This document shows positions 52,050-61,400 of a stretch of 64,000 nt of DNA, piece by piece. The first letter of the stretch is position 1. Each line of letters starts with the position of its first letter. This DNA comes from an uncultured Gammaproteobacteria bacterium (GTDB lineage: Bacteria; Patescibacteriota; Microgenomatia; Levybacterales; UBA12049). Below the pieces are notes generated by a model that did not search any database, had not been told where the DNA came from, and saw nothing but the letters and a program-made list of their open reading frames with translations. The DNA is taken from positions 3,112 to 67,111 of the forward strand of contig CAYYSJ010000007.1 of NCBI GenBank assembly GCA_964474445.1, read 5' to 3'. Both the position numbers and the translations under genes were made by a program.

Positions 52050-52257
52050 ACCTCTTCTCGTTGAGCTTCGACTATTGCTGAAAGACGTATGCGTACTACT
52101 CTATTCGTTCTAACCTAATCTAAATCAATGAAATTAAGCTATTGCAAGCTACTTTGGATTAATCCTTACTCCGGAAAAATCTGTCCTGACCTTGACCGTC
52201 TCTCGACGTGGGGGGTCAGCAGCTTGTATTCTTTCAGCAGTCTCACCTAACGAGGTG
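52050..52257 (-). ncRNA. M-box (ykoK, Mg2+-sensing) riboswitch
   Basis: - strand CTCGTTAGGTGAGACT...GCTGCTG...CGTCGAGAGACG...GGTCAGGACAG...AAGG...AAAGTAGC...GAAGCTCAACGAG, upstream of an NRAMP gene. Confidence 0.9.
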
Positions 52258-52338
52258 CAACTAACTATCTGTGGAAATTATAAAACTTTAAATTTTAGTT
52301 TGTCAACCCCTCAAAAAGTATTTACTATTTTTCCAATA

Positions 52339-52396
52339 TTGACAATCTAAACTACATAAGTATAGAATGTCAATATCTGAGCAACTGCTCATATAT
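52339..52396 (+). promoter_or_regulatory. sigma70 promoter plus SmtB/CzrA-type operator
   Basis: TTGACA at 52339, TAGAAT at 52363; inverted repeat ATATCTGAGCA-AC-TGCTCATATAT at 52373-52396. Confidence 0.75.
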
Positions 52397-52408
52397 ACAT
52401 ATATCACA

Positions 52409-52780
52409 ATGGATCCAATTAACAAAGAACATATCCATAAAGGAGAAAAAGCAATACCACCAAAACCTCTTCTTGAGGTAGTAGTACAAGTATTTGAAGC
52501 ACTTGGTGATGAAACTCGAGCAAAGATTCTTTACGCAGTGAGGAAACAAGAAATGTCAGTTCGAGATTTAGCAATCATTATCGATATTTCTGAATCTGCA
52601 ATTTCCCACCAATTAAAATATTTAAAAACAAGACATTTAGTAAAATCACGAAGAGATGGAAATGTCATCTACTACAAAGTAAGTTTTAGACATTTATCAG
52701 CACTCCTTAAAGAAGCAGAGTATTATGCGGATCACCTGAAAAGTAAATTACCTGACCACCCCTATAGAGAAGATGAATAA
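52409..52780 (+). CDS. ArsR/SmtB metalloregulator
   Basis: FEALGDETRAKIL, SESAISHQL; ATG 52409 preferred because ATG 52367 overlaps the -10 box. Confidence 0.92.
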   Translation: MDPINKEHIHKGEKAIPPKPLLEVVVQVFEALGDETRAKILYAVRKQEMSVRDLAIIIDISESAISHQLKYLKTRHLVKSRRDGNVIYYKVSFRHLSALLKEAEYYADHLKSKLPDHPYREDE

Positions 52781-52782
52781 CT

Positions 52783-53718
52783 ATGCATAAACAGCTGCCA
52801 CACAACCATATGAAAGGCCACTCTGAGGAACACACTCATGGAACGATTGATCCGTCAATCACAACAAGTGACAAAGGATTATGGGCACTGAAATGGTCTA
52901 TGGTAGGCTTTATTATTACCTCTGGTATTCAATTTCTTATTGTTTTATTCTCAGGGAGTGTTGCATTGCTCACTGATGCAATTCATAATTTTGGTGATGC
53001 TGGAACAGCTATTCCTTTATGGTTTGCATTCCAAGTATCCAAGCGTAAACCAAATCAGAAATTTGCCTATGGATTAGGACGAGCAGAAGACTTGGCAGGA
53101 CTTTTTATCCTCGTTGTTATTTTATTCACAACAATTATTGCAGGATATCAAGCAACATACCGGCTTATCCATCCCCAACATTTACAAAACTTGTGGATTG
53201 TATTATTCGCTGCTCTTATTGGTTTTGTTGGAAATGAGACTATTGGACTCCTTCGTATTAAGGTAGGTAAAGAAATCCATAGTGCAGCCTTGGTTGCCGA
53301 TGGACAACATGCTCGTATTGATGGACTGGCAAGCCTTTCAGTTATTATTGGTGTTATCGGCGCTTGGCTGGGATATACAATTGTTGACCCACTCGTTGGT
53401 ATCGGTATTATCCTCATTGTATTACATACCCTTTGGGAAGCTGGAAAAGAAATACTTGTGAGACTCCTGGATGGTGTTGATGAAGAAGTGATTCATCAAA
53501 TACAACATACAGCAGACCATATAGATGGAGTCGGAAAATTTACTGACATAAGAGCAAGGTGGAGTGGCCACTTTTTGTTTGTTGAATTGACAATTTTAGT
53601 ACAACATAACCTGACTGTTGAAAAGGGACACACAATTGCAAGCAATGTTAGACACGAACTTCTTCATCATATGCCTCACATTGCAGACGTTACTGTTCAT
53701 GTAGAGCCCGTGAAATAG
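52783..53718 (+). CDS. Cation diffusion facilitator (CDF) transporter
   Basis: His-rich N-terminus, DAIHNFGD, ADGQHARID, VTVHVEP. Confidence 0.95.
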   Translation: MHKQLPHNHMKGHSEEHTHGTIDPSITTSDKGLWALKWSMVGFIITSGIQFLIVLFSGSVALLTDAIHNFGDAGTAIPLWFAFQVSKRKPNQKFAYGLGRAEDLAGLFILVVILFTTIIAGYQATYRLIHPQHLQNLWIVLFAALIGFVGNETIGLLRIKVGKEIHSAALVADGQHARIDGLASLSVIIGVIGAWLGYTIVDPLVGIGIILIVLHTLWEAGKEILVRLLDGVDEEVIHQIQHTADHIDGVGKFTDIRARWSGHFLFVELTILVQHNLTVEKGHTIASNVRHELLHHMPHIADVTVHVEPVK

Positions 53719-53792
53719 CAAGAGAACACGAAGAGAAACCACCATTGTTGAAATTTATTGACAAGCACATGAAATAGGTATAGCATATGCGC

Positions 53793-53900
53793 ATGAACCA
53801 AAACATAAAGCCAAATCTTCCAACAACGCTTATTTTTCTTCCAGATCCAGGAGTATCCTATGCTGATTTTCTAGACAATATGCTCATTTTGAGAAAATAA
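53793..53900 (+). CDS. Putative 35-aa leaderless peptide
   Basis: TTGACA(53758)-17-TAGCAT-6nt-ATG; MNQNIKPNLPTTLIFLPDPGVSYADFLDNMLILRK. Confidence 0.4.
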   Translation: MNQNIKPNLPTTLIFLPDPGVSYADFLDNMLILRK

Positions 53901-53925
53901 ACGAAGTAACTAGAAAATCAGCACG

Positions 53926-53949
53926 ACCAGCCAAAAGGCTGGTTTTTTT
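53926..53949 (+). terminator. Rho-independent terminator
   Basis: ACCAGCC-AAAA-GGCTGGT followed by a T-run. Confidence 0.8.
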
Positions 53950-53966
53950 GTGGCAAAAATAAATAT

Positions 53967-54128
53967 ATGAAAGAACATAATTTTTTTGATTCAGATATAT
54001 TGTTCACAATATCACTTGTCCTGCTCGCACTTATAATCAGTGTTCCTTTTATCTTAGGGAAAGCATCTCCTTTTTTTGGAGGAATAATTTTTGCAGCAGT
54101 TTCATATTTTGTTATTGCGGCTCTATAA
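53967..54128 (+). CDS. Small two-TM protein (53 aa, not in ORF track)
   Basis: MKEHNFFDSDILFTISLVLLALIISVPFILGKASPFFGGIIFAAVSYFVIAAL. Confidence 0.5.
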   Translation: MKEHNFFDSDILFTISLVLLALIISVPFILGKASPFFGGIIFAAVSYFVIAAL

Positions 54129-54154
54129 GTATGTAGAACTAAGGAGAAGTCTTT

Positions 54155-54466
54155 ATGTGGGGAAATAGCTGGTATTATCTTCTCAATGAAGAACTTGCAG
54201 AAGAAAATAATATAAATCTTAGTGAGGAAACAAGTAAGATGTATCACTCCTGTTTTCTGTTATTAGGGGTGTCTCTTGTAACAATGATGAAAAAATTATT
54301 TTTACTTAGTAAAAAAACTCTCTCTATTGTTATTATCCTATTATCCATAGTGCTGATTACAGTACTTTATTGGAACCTTGTTAATAATCTCATGAAACGA
54401 AGTCACAACGAGACATTTAGTGGTCGAGGTCCAATTCTGCATAAAGTACCCGTAAACACAAAATAG
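54155..54466 (+). CDS. Hypothetical membrane protein
   Basis: AAGGAG RBS; hydrophobic segment. Confidence 0.45.
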   Translation: MWGNSWYYLLNEELAEENNINLSEETSKMYHSCFLLLGVSLVTMMKKLFLLSKKTLSIVIILLSIVLITVLYWNLVNNLMKRSHNETFSGRGPILHKVPVNTK

Positions 54467-54473
54467 CTGTTTC

Positions 54474-55247
54474 CTATTCTTGAAAAAATTCTAGAAGCAC
54501 AGGGAGGAGAAGGTTTGGTTTGATCATATGGGACATACCTTCTATGTCCACTTGTTTTGCATTTGGAATTATTTTTGTTACTGCCGCTACAGCTTTTCTT
54601 AAGCTTTCAGCGCTTTTTACTCCAGTAATAACAATTGTTGGCACAGTAATAGATGCTGCAGCTTTAGGAACGCTATTGTCCCCCATAATGGCAATATCGT
54701 AAGGTAAAGTATGTGCTACTGACATATTTTTTGCCCATACTCCTGGTATTAACCGCATGATATAAGTAAAGAAGGCGGGCATTCCCATAATTTTTGTTAG
54801 GAAATAGGTGACTGCATCACTTCGTTTATTATCCACAATCATCTGGTTCAGTTGCTGTATTAGATTTGCAGGTGGTTTCGTACCAACATAGGGAGGCTCA
54901 AAAAGAGCAAGTTTTTTTACCTTTACTCCCTTTGCAACAGCTTGCAGTGCTAACGCAGCACCAGAAGAAAATCCAACCATGTATGTTGGCTCGGCAATAG
55001 CCTTGACAACAGCTTGCAAATCTTCTATTTCTTTCTCAACAAGATATGGTTGTGTATTCCCACTCTCCCCACGACCTCGACGATCGTATGAATACACAGT
55101 AAAATGTTGTAAAAGCAATGGCATCATCATTGGCGTGGTTCCGGAGTCTCGAAAACAAAACGCACCATCAACTAGTATCAGGTTAGGACCCTTTCCTCTT
55201 TTTTCATAAATAATTTCCGTACCGTCTTTTGAAATTACTTTAGGCAT
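54474..55247 (-). CDS. Alpha/beta hydrolase
   Basis: YDRRGRGES, GFSSG nucleophile elbow, C-terminal His. Confidence 0.93.
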   Translation of the reverse strand: MPKVISKDGTEIIYEKRGKGPNLILVDGAFCFRDSGTTPMMMPLLLQHFTVYSYDRRGRGESGNTQPYLVEKEIEDLQAVVKAIAEPTYMVGFSSGAALALQAVAKGVKVKKLALFEPPYVGTKPPANLIQQLNQMIVDNKRSDAVTYFLTKIMGMPAFFTYIMRLIPGVWAKNMSVAHTLPYDIAIMGDNSVPKAAASITVPTIVITGVKSAESLRKAVAAVTKIIPNAKQVDIEGMSHMIKPNLLLPVLLEFFQE

Positions 55248-55329
55248 ATCTTTTACCAGAGTATCATACTACAGATGTTTTTTAAAAGGTATATGAAGAG
55301 ATATATATTCTACCACCTACCAGAGTGGT

Positions 55330-56871
55330 TTAATGATTACTCGCTGCAGTTGTCGCTGTTGCTGCCACAGGTGTGGTTGTGGAAGTAGGGGTTGTATTTG
55401 TTCCTTTCAGTGGAAAAGCTACTTTTACTTTGCTAACTCGTGGAACACGAATAGTGATATCCGTTGCTGTTCCAGTTGTGTCAGTTGGATTTCCATAATA
55501 CCATACAGTAACCATCTGATTTACTGCTAAATCTGCTGAAGAATCAGGTTGACCATTCTTTTGAACGATTGTGTTGCCTGTGAGAGTAAATGTATATGAG
55601 CTCTGGTTCTTTGCTACAACAGTAATTGTTGATCCTTGAATTGCAGTTACCATTCCCGTTCTTGATAGTTTTTTAGGTAGTACTACATCAATAGTTTTTG
55701 CAAGGTAAGTATTTGCTGCAGTTTGAGGAACTGCATATACTCTCACCATTGTTCCATTTTGGATTGCATGAGCAGTCGCATCATCTCTATTGCTATGGAA
55801 CACTGTTTGCATATTCACTTGGATAGTGTAAACTCCCCCAGTTGCTGTCTGCAAGGTAAAACTATCTTGAGCAAAGTTAGCAATTGTTCCTGTTAATGGA
55901 ACAATGAGACTTTGTGGAACACCAATCAGTACCTCTTTTGCAAGAGGGGTTGTTGTTGATGGAGTTGGGGTAGATGTTACACTTGGTGTAGGAGTACCAG
56001 AAGTAGTTGCTGTTTGTCTTGGAAAAACAACATGAACAAATGTACCTACAGCAAGGTTTGTAAATGAGGCAGAACCAGAAGAACCATATTGTTTAAATAC
56101 TGTTGTATTATCTGTTGCAAAGGTAAAGATCTTATTATTTGGAGTCTGCACAGTAAAGTTTGGTGTACTTACTACAGTCACTTGTCCTGAAATTGTTTGG
56201 TTTGCACCTGGCTTGTAGCTAGGTGCATTGGTCAATGCGTTAACAAGTCTATTGATATTTGTTTGAGATTGACGAGTAGTAAAGTTAATTGCATTCTGAA
56301 TTTGCTGTCTTTTTGTTGAATCAACTGTCGTCGTAAGTTCTTTATTGAGTACAGCAAGACGGGTCTGTTCTCTGTCTTTCACAGTATCAATAAGACTTGT
56401 TACTTCTTTTCCTTCTGCAGCTAATTTTTGCGTTGCATTACTTACCGCTTGAATATTTTTATTATAATCAGAGAGCATTTGATCTGTTAAATTTGTGTTA
56501 TTTTTTTGGAGTTCTGCTTTTGCCTCTGATAAACGAACCTGTGCAAAATGCAGTTGCAATTGAGCTCTTTGGTAATCATCAATGGTAAAAAATGTTTGGA
56601 CATTTTCTCCCCACCGTTTAAGAAAGTAAAACGGTGAATCAGGAAGGAGTCCAGGGTTTGAAAGATTATCATAGTTTTGTTGGTTAGGAGTGAGAAGTGT
56701 TGTTTGGGTAGGAGCATCCGTTTGTGAACTTGAACTATCCTGAGCAACAGTTGTTGCTTGAGGAGCATCCTGAGAAGGTGTAACAGTTTGTGCGAAAGAA
56801 AAAGCTGGAGAAACTGTTAAGAGTACCAAACTTGCAAATATGCCAAAAAGACTAATAAAAATTTTTCTCAT
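55330..56871 (-). CDS. Secreted DUF5667 + DUF5666-repeat protein
   Basis: Signal peptide; PGLLPDSPFYFLKRWGE; three OB-like repeats; start at MRKIF. Confidence 0.8.
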   Translation of the reverse strand: MRKIFISLFGIFASLVLLTVSPAFSFAQTVTPSQDAPQATTVAQDSSSSQTDAPTQTTLLTPNQQNYDNLSNPGLLPDSPFYFLKRWGENVQTFFTIDDYQRAQLQLHFAQVRLSEAKAELQKNNTNLTDQMLSDYNKNIQAVSNATQKLAAEGKEVTSLIDTVKDREQTRLAVLNKELTTTVDSTKRQQIQNAINFTTRQSQTNINRLVNALTNAPSYKPGANQTISGQVTVVSTPNFTVQTPNNKIFTFATDNTTVFKQYGSSGSASFTNLAVGTFVHVVFPRQTATTSGTPTPSVTSTPTPSTTTPLAKEVLIGVPQSLIVPLTGTIANFAQDSFTLQTATGGVYTIQVNMQTVFHSNRDDATAHAIQNGTMVRVYAVPQTAANTYLAKTIDVVLPKKLSRTGMVTAIQGSTITVVAKNQSSYTFTLTGNTIVQKNGQPDSSADLAVNQMVTVWYYGNPTDTTGTATDITIRVPRVSKVKVAFPLKGTNTTPTSTTTPVAATATTAASNH

Positions 56872-56996
56872 ACTTTTATGATAGAGCACCTACTATTATT
56901 GTCAAGGATTATGAACAGAAAATGAAAATATCGAGATATCTTTATCTTTAGAATGAGGATAAATGAGACACAAGCAATGGAATATGCAGGATTTCC

Positions 56997-57404
56997 CTAT
57001 CTGTTTTTAGCCGAGGGTTGTAGCATACCTACAACATTATTTTCACTATCGCGAAAAGAGATATACATTCCTACTTCAGGAATATTCATTTTCTCACCTT
57101 CAACTTTTCCACCTGCTTCTTCAACCGCTTTTATGCTTTCGTCTAAATTATCAACGGAGATAACAAGATGGGGAGATCGGTTAAGATCATCATCTTGATA
57201 ATCAAAAAATCCACCATTTATTGCCCCTGGAGTTTTAACCATCCCTTCTTGGTCAGTTTCAGTCGTATGCGCAAGGACGTAATTTGCCATATCAGGACCC
57301 AACTGTATCATATTCCATCCAAATGCCTTTGAGTAAAATTCGGCAACACGCTTTTTATCCTTTGCAGGCATTTCAAAATGAGTTACTGGATTTGGTTTCG
57401 TCAT
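56997..57404 (-). CDS. VOC/glyoxalase family protein
   Basis: VTHFE, FYSKAFGW, GAINGG, FRDSENN. Confidence 0.92.
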   Translation of the reverse strand: MTKPNPVTHFEMPAKDKKRVAEFYSKAFGWNMIQLGPDMANYVLAHTTETDQEGMVKTPGAINGGFFDYQDDDLNRSPHLVISVDNLDESIKAVEEAGGKVEGEKMNIPEVGMYISFRDSENNVVGMLQPSAKNR

Positions 57405-57571
57405 AAATTTATTTTAGCAGCTGTTTTCCAAAATACAAGAGTCTTTGTCTGTACTTGCTGCAAAAAAGCATTTCTATCCTCCCCCTCATTATCTAGAAAA
57501 GTTCGAAAATAATAACATTACTTAGTTTGAATTTTACATAGAAGTCTTAACTATGTTATACAATATGAAAG

Positions 57572-57967
57572 ATGAAATTCATTAATAAGGATCAACGAAT
57601 TGACGATTACATTGAGACACTTCCAATTTGGCAACAGGATATTTGTCAAAAAATTCGAGAATTAGTGCATCTTGCAGACCCAGAAATTGTTGAAACAATT
57701 AAGCGAACAAACCAACCATATTTCACTTTAAATGGTAATGTTTGTGCACTTCTTGCTACAAAAGATCACATGAATGTCTTTATTTATGATCCTATTGCTC
57801 CTGACCCAGAAAAAATAATTAATCAGGGTCAAGGTAATTTAACTGCACGAGCAATACAAATCTACCAGAGAGATACAATAAAAGAGAAAGCTTTTATAGA
57901 TCTCATTAAAGCAGTAATCGCAAATAATCGTGCAGGAGGCTGGAGAAAATTACAAAAAAATCGATAG
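57572..57967 (+). CDS. DUF1801 (YdhG-like) protein
   Basis: IDDYIETL...IRELVHLADPEIVETIK. Confidence 0.85.
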   Translation: MKFINKDQRIDDYIETLPIWQQDICQKIRELVHLADPEIVETIKRTNQPYFTLNGNVCALLATKDHMNVFIYDPIAPDPEKIINQGQGNLTARAIQIYQRDTIKEKAFIDLIKAVIANNRAGGWRKLQKNR

Positions 57968-58057
57968 CACTTATTGGATAAGAGTTTTGATATAGTCTAG
58001 TAGTACATACTAAACCGTATTCTTGTCTATATACGTCTCCTTTACTATAATGGGCAT

Positions 58058-58426
58058 ATGTCAGATAAAAAGTTTTCCTCGATTGATGACTACATTCGTA
58101 CTTTTCCTCATGATGTAGTCGCTATTCTTGAAAAGATAAGACAAACAATTCGCAAAGCAGTACCAGACGCCGTAGAAACGATTAGCTATAATATGCCAAC
58201 CTTTGATTTGGAAGGTGAACATTTAGTCTTTTTTGCTGGATGGAAAAATTATGTTTCACTTTATCCCTTACCAGCAGGAGATAGTGCTTTCCAACAAAAA
58301 GTAGCACCCTACAAAAAAGAAAAAAGCACACTACGGTTTCCACTTAATGAACCTATCCCTTACGACCTCATAGAAGAAATTGTTACTCTCTTAATCAAAG
58401 AAAGGCAAACAGTTCTACAGATATAA
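58058..58426 (+). CDS. DUF1801 (YdhG-like) protein
   Basis: IDDYI...ETISYNMPTF...STLRFPL. Confidence 0.88.
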   Translation: MSDKKFSSIDDYIRTFPHDVVAILEKIRQTIRKAVPDAVETISYNMPTFDLEGEHLVFFAGWKNYVSLYPLPAGDSAFQQKVAPYKKEKSTLRFPLNEPIPYDLIEEIVTLLIKERQTVLQI

Positions 58427-58562
58427 ACCCATAAAAATATATTGACACAGGTTAGTAATCCTTCTGATGCCAATGCTCTTCTTGTCAAAGAGCGAGATTG
58501 GCAATATATGCATTTGCTTGAGTTAGGGGAAAAATTATAATGTAACGTGTATACTATACATA

Positions 58563-59417
58563 ATGGGAAAAAACTACACGATACTTTATCTACTTATCGC
58601 TGCCCTTCTTTTAACTATTTTCTTCATAAGACCAGCAACCCATCCACTCCCTAAAATTTCAACGCCAACTCCCATACCAACTGCTACCCCAACCCCATTT
58701 ATCTTTACATCATATACCTTGCCTGTCATTGAAAGAAAAGACGTATATAAAATTGTTATGGTTGGTGATTCAATGACAGCTGCATTAGGCCCGCACGGAG
58801 GAGGTTTGAGTGAATATATGAATTCATTATATAAAAAGAACCCACAAGACCCTCAAAGGATTATCATTGATAATTATGCGAAATCAAGCAATATTTTAGC
58901 TATAAATGATGAGTTAACAAAAAAAATTACTATTAGTGAATACACCTTTGGACCATTACTTTCTGATAATTTTGATCTGATTCTTGTTGAATCATTTGGC
59001 TACAATCCCTTATCACAATTTGGACTAGAGGAGGGTTTAAAACAACAAAACATTGCATTAGATAAACTCATGCAAACGTTGATGACAACGCACCCCCACG
59101 CCGACATTGTATTTGTTGCAACTATTGCACCCAATCAGACAAACTATGCAAAAGGAGTACAACCAAATTATTCGCCAACAGATAGGGCAAATTTAGCACA
59201 GGAACGTATGACATATATTAAAAATCATATTGACTATGCAAAAAAACATTCTATACCACTTATTAATATTTATGAAAAATCATTAACAAAAGAGGGAGAA
59301 GGGAATATGCTCTATATTAATCAAACCGACGATATTCATCCTTCTTTTGTGGGAGTTGATTTTATTGGGCACGAAATTGGAAATTTTATCTCTGATAATA
59401 AAATGCTACAACAATGA
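58563..59417 (+). CDS. Membrane-anchored SGNH/GDSL hydrolase
   Basis: N-terminal TM, PT linker, VGDSMT, DDIHP. Confidence 0.85.
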   Translation: MGKNYTILYLLIAALLLTIFFIRPATHPLPKISTPTPIPTATPTPFIFTSYTLPVIERKDVYKIVMVGDSMTAALGPHGGGLSEYMNSLYKKNPQDPQRIIIDNYAKSSNILAINDELTKKITISEYTFGPLLSDNFDLILVESFGYNPLSQFGLEEGLKQQNIALDKLMQTLMTTHPHADIVFVATIAPNQTNYAKGVQPNYSPTDRANLAQERMTYIKNHIDYAKKHSIPLINIYEKSLTKEGEGNMLYINQTDDIHPSFVGVDFIGHEIGNFISDNKMLQQ

Positions 59418-59431
59418 AGATATCTTAATGT

Positions 59432-59443
59432 GCTGGGGAACCA
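59432..59443 (-). repeat. 12-bp match to a typical tRNA-Gln 3' end (att-like scar)
   Basis: - strand TGGTTCCCCAGC = T-stem end, acceptor TTCCCCA, discriminator G. Confidence 0.4.
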
Positions 59444-59552
59444 AAACGACTGCTTTGATCTGTAATGTAACAGGTCCAGAAACTCAGTCAGGGCATTAGA
59501 ACGATTCGCAATAAAAGGAATTAGGACCTGCTCTTGAGGTTATAATAAAGTT

Positions 59553-60179
59553 ATGAAGAAATTTCTAATCATTCTTTCGATAATTGCTACATTTGTCCTG
59601 CTTTCATATGCTGCATTGCTAATCTATATTGGCAACAAGGCAAAACAAGATACGAAAGTGAAATCAGATGTTATCCTAGTCTTGGGTGAAGGAGCCTATG
59701 GGGGTACTTCCTGCTACGGTCCCATATGCCAGCATGGCTTTGTCCCACATCCTCAATATAGTCCTTGTCTGGTCGCCCGAATAAATCAAGCAGTTTCTCT
59801 TTACAAAAACCATTATGCTCCAAAAATTCTTATGTCTGGGGGAACCGATAAAGAAGATCATGTAAATGAATCTGAAACCATGAAAAAAATCGCTATCGAA
59901 TCCGGTGTTCCCCAAGGGGATATTTTAATGGAAAAAGAATCAACTTCAACTTATGAAAACTTGCTACTCTCTCAAAAAATACTTAATAAAGTCGGTTTAC
60001 ATTCAGTCATCATAATTACGGACCCTTATACTAACGCCAGAGCTGGACTTGTGGCCTCAAAATTACGTTATAAATACTCTTTGTCTCCTGCTATAAATAC
60101 TCCCTGTTCGCATCCAAATGAATATTTTCACAGAGAACCTTTAGCAATAATTGCCTATATACTCTTAGGTAAAATATAA
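59553..60179 (+). CDS. YdcF/DUF218 (ElyC-like) protein
   Basis: ILVLG, LMSGG, ESETM, EKESTSTYEN, REP. Confidence 0.9.
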   Translation: MKKFLIILSIIATFVLLSYAALLIYIGNKAKQDTKVKSDVILVLGEGAYGGTSCYGPICQHGFVPHPQYSPCLVARINQAVSLYKNHYAPKILMSGGTDKEDHVNESETMKKIAIESGVPQGDILMEKESTSTYENLLLSQKILNKVGLHSVIIITDPYTNARAGLVASKLRYKYSLSPAINTPCSHPNEYFHREPLAIIAYILLGKI

Positions 60180-60396
60180 AAGCATTCATCAACCTAAACT
60201 AGAATTTCAAGCTAAAATTAGTATATCCGCACCCTTTGATCAAAGAGGATTGGTTTGGTGTTTCACACTTTACTGCATGGTTTTAGTAATGTTCAGGAGT
60301 GCATTTTTGCGATCCAAATGTTTTGAAGAAGAATGATGGGTTTATAAAACCTTTACAAACGAAATGGACACCCCGGTCAGTTAGGGGTACCCGTCT

Positions 60397-60474
60397 TGGC
60401 TGGCGGATATCAACGCTATTCGAACTTTTTGGCAAACCTCACGAGAACAACTTTACATTCCTAACTATCTATAA
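60397..60474 (+). repeat. att-like scar encoding a start-less peptide, copy 1
   Basis: WLADINAIRTFWQTSREQLYIPNYL*; homologous to 63665-63742. Confidence 0.8.
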
Positions 60475-60487
60475 TTAACTAAACTTA

Positions 60488-60534
60488 TTGACAGAAGTAA
60501 ATTATTCAAATATACTTAACTTATAAGTTAAGTA
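60488..60534 (+). promoter_or_regulatory. sigma70 promoter plus palindromic operator of the ArsR-YCII pair
   Basis: TTGACA-17-TATACT overlapping the perfect palindrome TACTTAACTTATAAGTTAAGTA. Confidence 0.8.
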
Positions 60535-60536
60535 TT

Positions 60537-60902
60537 ATGCCCAACTCCCATATACCACATGATTTAGATAAAGTTTTTGAATCTCTTGCCAACCAACACA
60601 GGAGAGAAATTGTTTACGTTTTAGGCTTACAACCATATTCAATAAGCCAGTTAGCTTCTATGCGAAACCTTTCCCTTCCTGCAATTCATAAGCATATAAA
60701 AATACTTGAAGACGCGGATATGATAGTCCGTAAGAAAATCGGAAAAAGTAATGTACTTACCCTCAACCGAGAATCATTACGAGAGCTTCAGGATTGGCTT
60801 ATGCAATATCATGCTTACTGGGGTAACAGCAAAGAGACATTAGAGAATTATGCTAAACATTTAGAGCAAGCAAAACGTCGAAAGGAGGTGAAGAAAAAAT
60901 GA
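60537..60902 (+). CDS. ArsR-family transcriptional regulator
   Basis: VFESLANQHRREI, SLPAIHKHIKILE. Confidence 0.9.
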   Translation: MPNSHIPHDLDKVFESLANQHRREIVYVLGLQPYSISQLASMRNLSLPAIHKHIKILEDADMIVRKKIGKSNVLTLNRESLRELQDWLMQYHAYWGNSKETLENYAKHLEQAKRRKEVKKK

Positions 60903-61228
60903 AAAAATTTGTACTCATCTTCTATGGCAAAGTTAGACCAGAAGATATAAGTAAAGAAGAAATGAAAAGTACAATGGACAAGTGGATGGCCTGGTTTGAC
61001 ACATTCAAAGATAATATGATCGACGGAGGTAATCCATTTGCTGCTGGCGCAAAGTCTGTGACAGCAAAAGGCGTTGAAACGATTCCAGCAGATATGTGGC
61101 CTGCTCAAGGTTACACTATTATTAATGCAAAAGACATGGATGAAGCGACAGAAATTGCTAAAGGGTGCCCTGCACTTGAAAATGATAATGAAGGAGCCGT
61201 ACGTGTCTATGAAGCACAGGTAATGTAA
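60899..61228 (+). CDS. YCII-related protein
   Basis: W.AWF, DGGNPF, GYTIINA..MDEA..IAKGCP; GGAGGTG RBS. Confidence 0.8.
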   Translation: MKKFVLIFYGKVRPEDISKEEMKSTMDKWMAWFDTFKDNMIDGGNPFAAGAKSVTAKGVETIPADMWPAQGYTIINAKDMDEATEIAKGCPALENDNEGAVRVYEAQVM

Positions 61229-61241
61229 ACAGTTTATTTAT

Positions 61242-61275
61242 GAAGAGGTATCCTATCTCGGGATACCTCTTCTTT
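61242..61275 (+). terminator. Rho-independent terminator
   Basis: GAAGAGGTATCC-7nt-GGATACCTCTTC-TTT. Confidence 0.85.
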
Positions 61276-61285
61276 GTGAGCGAAA

Positions 61286-61338
61286 GGTTCGAATCCGAGT
61301 TTGTCTATTTGCTGCGGATACTATAGCACATTAGAACT
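61286..61338 (+). repeat. att-like scar
   Basis: GGTTCGAATCC...TTGCTGCGGA...TTAGAACT. Confidence 0.6.
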
Positions 61339-61400
61339 ACTCTAACCTTACAAAACTTCATATCCATATAATTTTAACTTTGATATAATCAAAATATAGT

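Noticed and set aside
57455-57510. Possible additional att scar (TTGCTG... and GTTCGAAA)
   Set aside because: Spacing does not match the 20-nt pattern and the core is poor.
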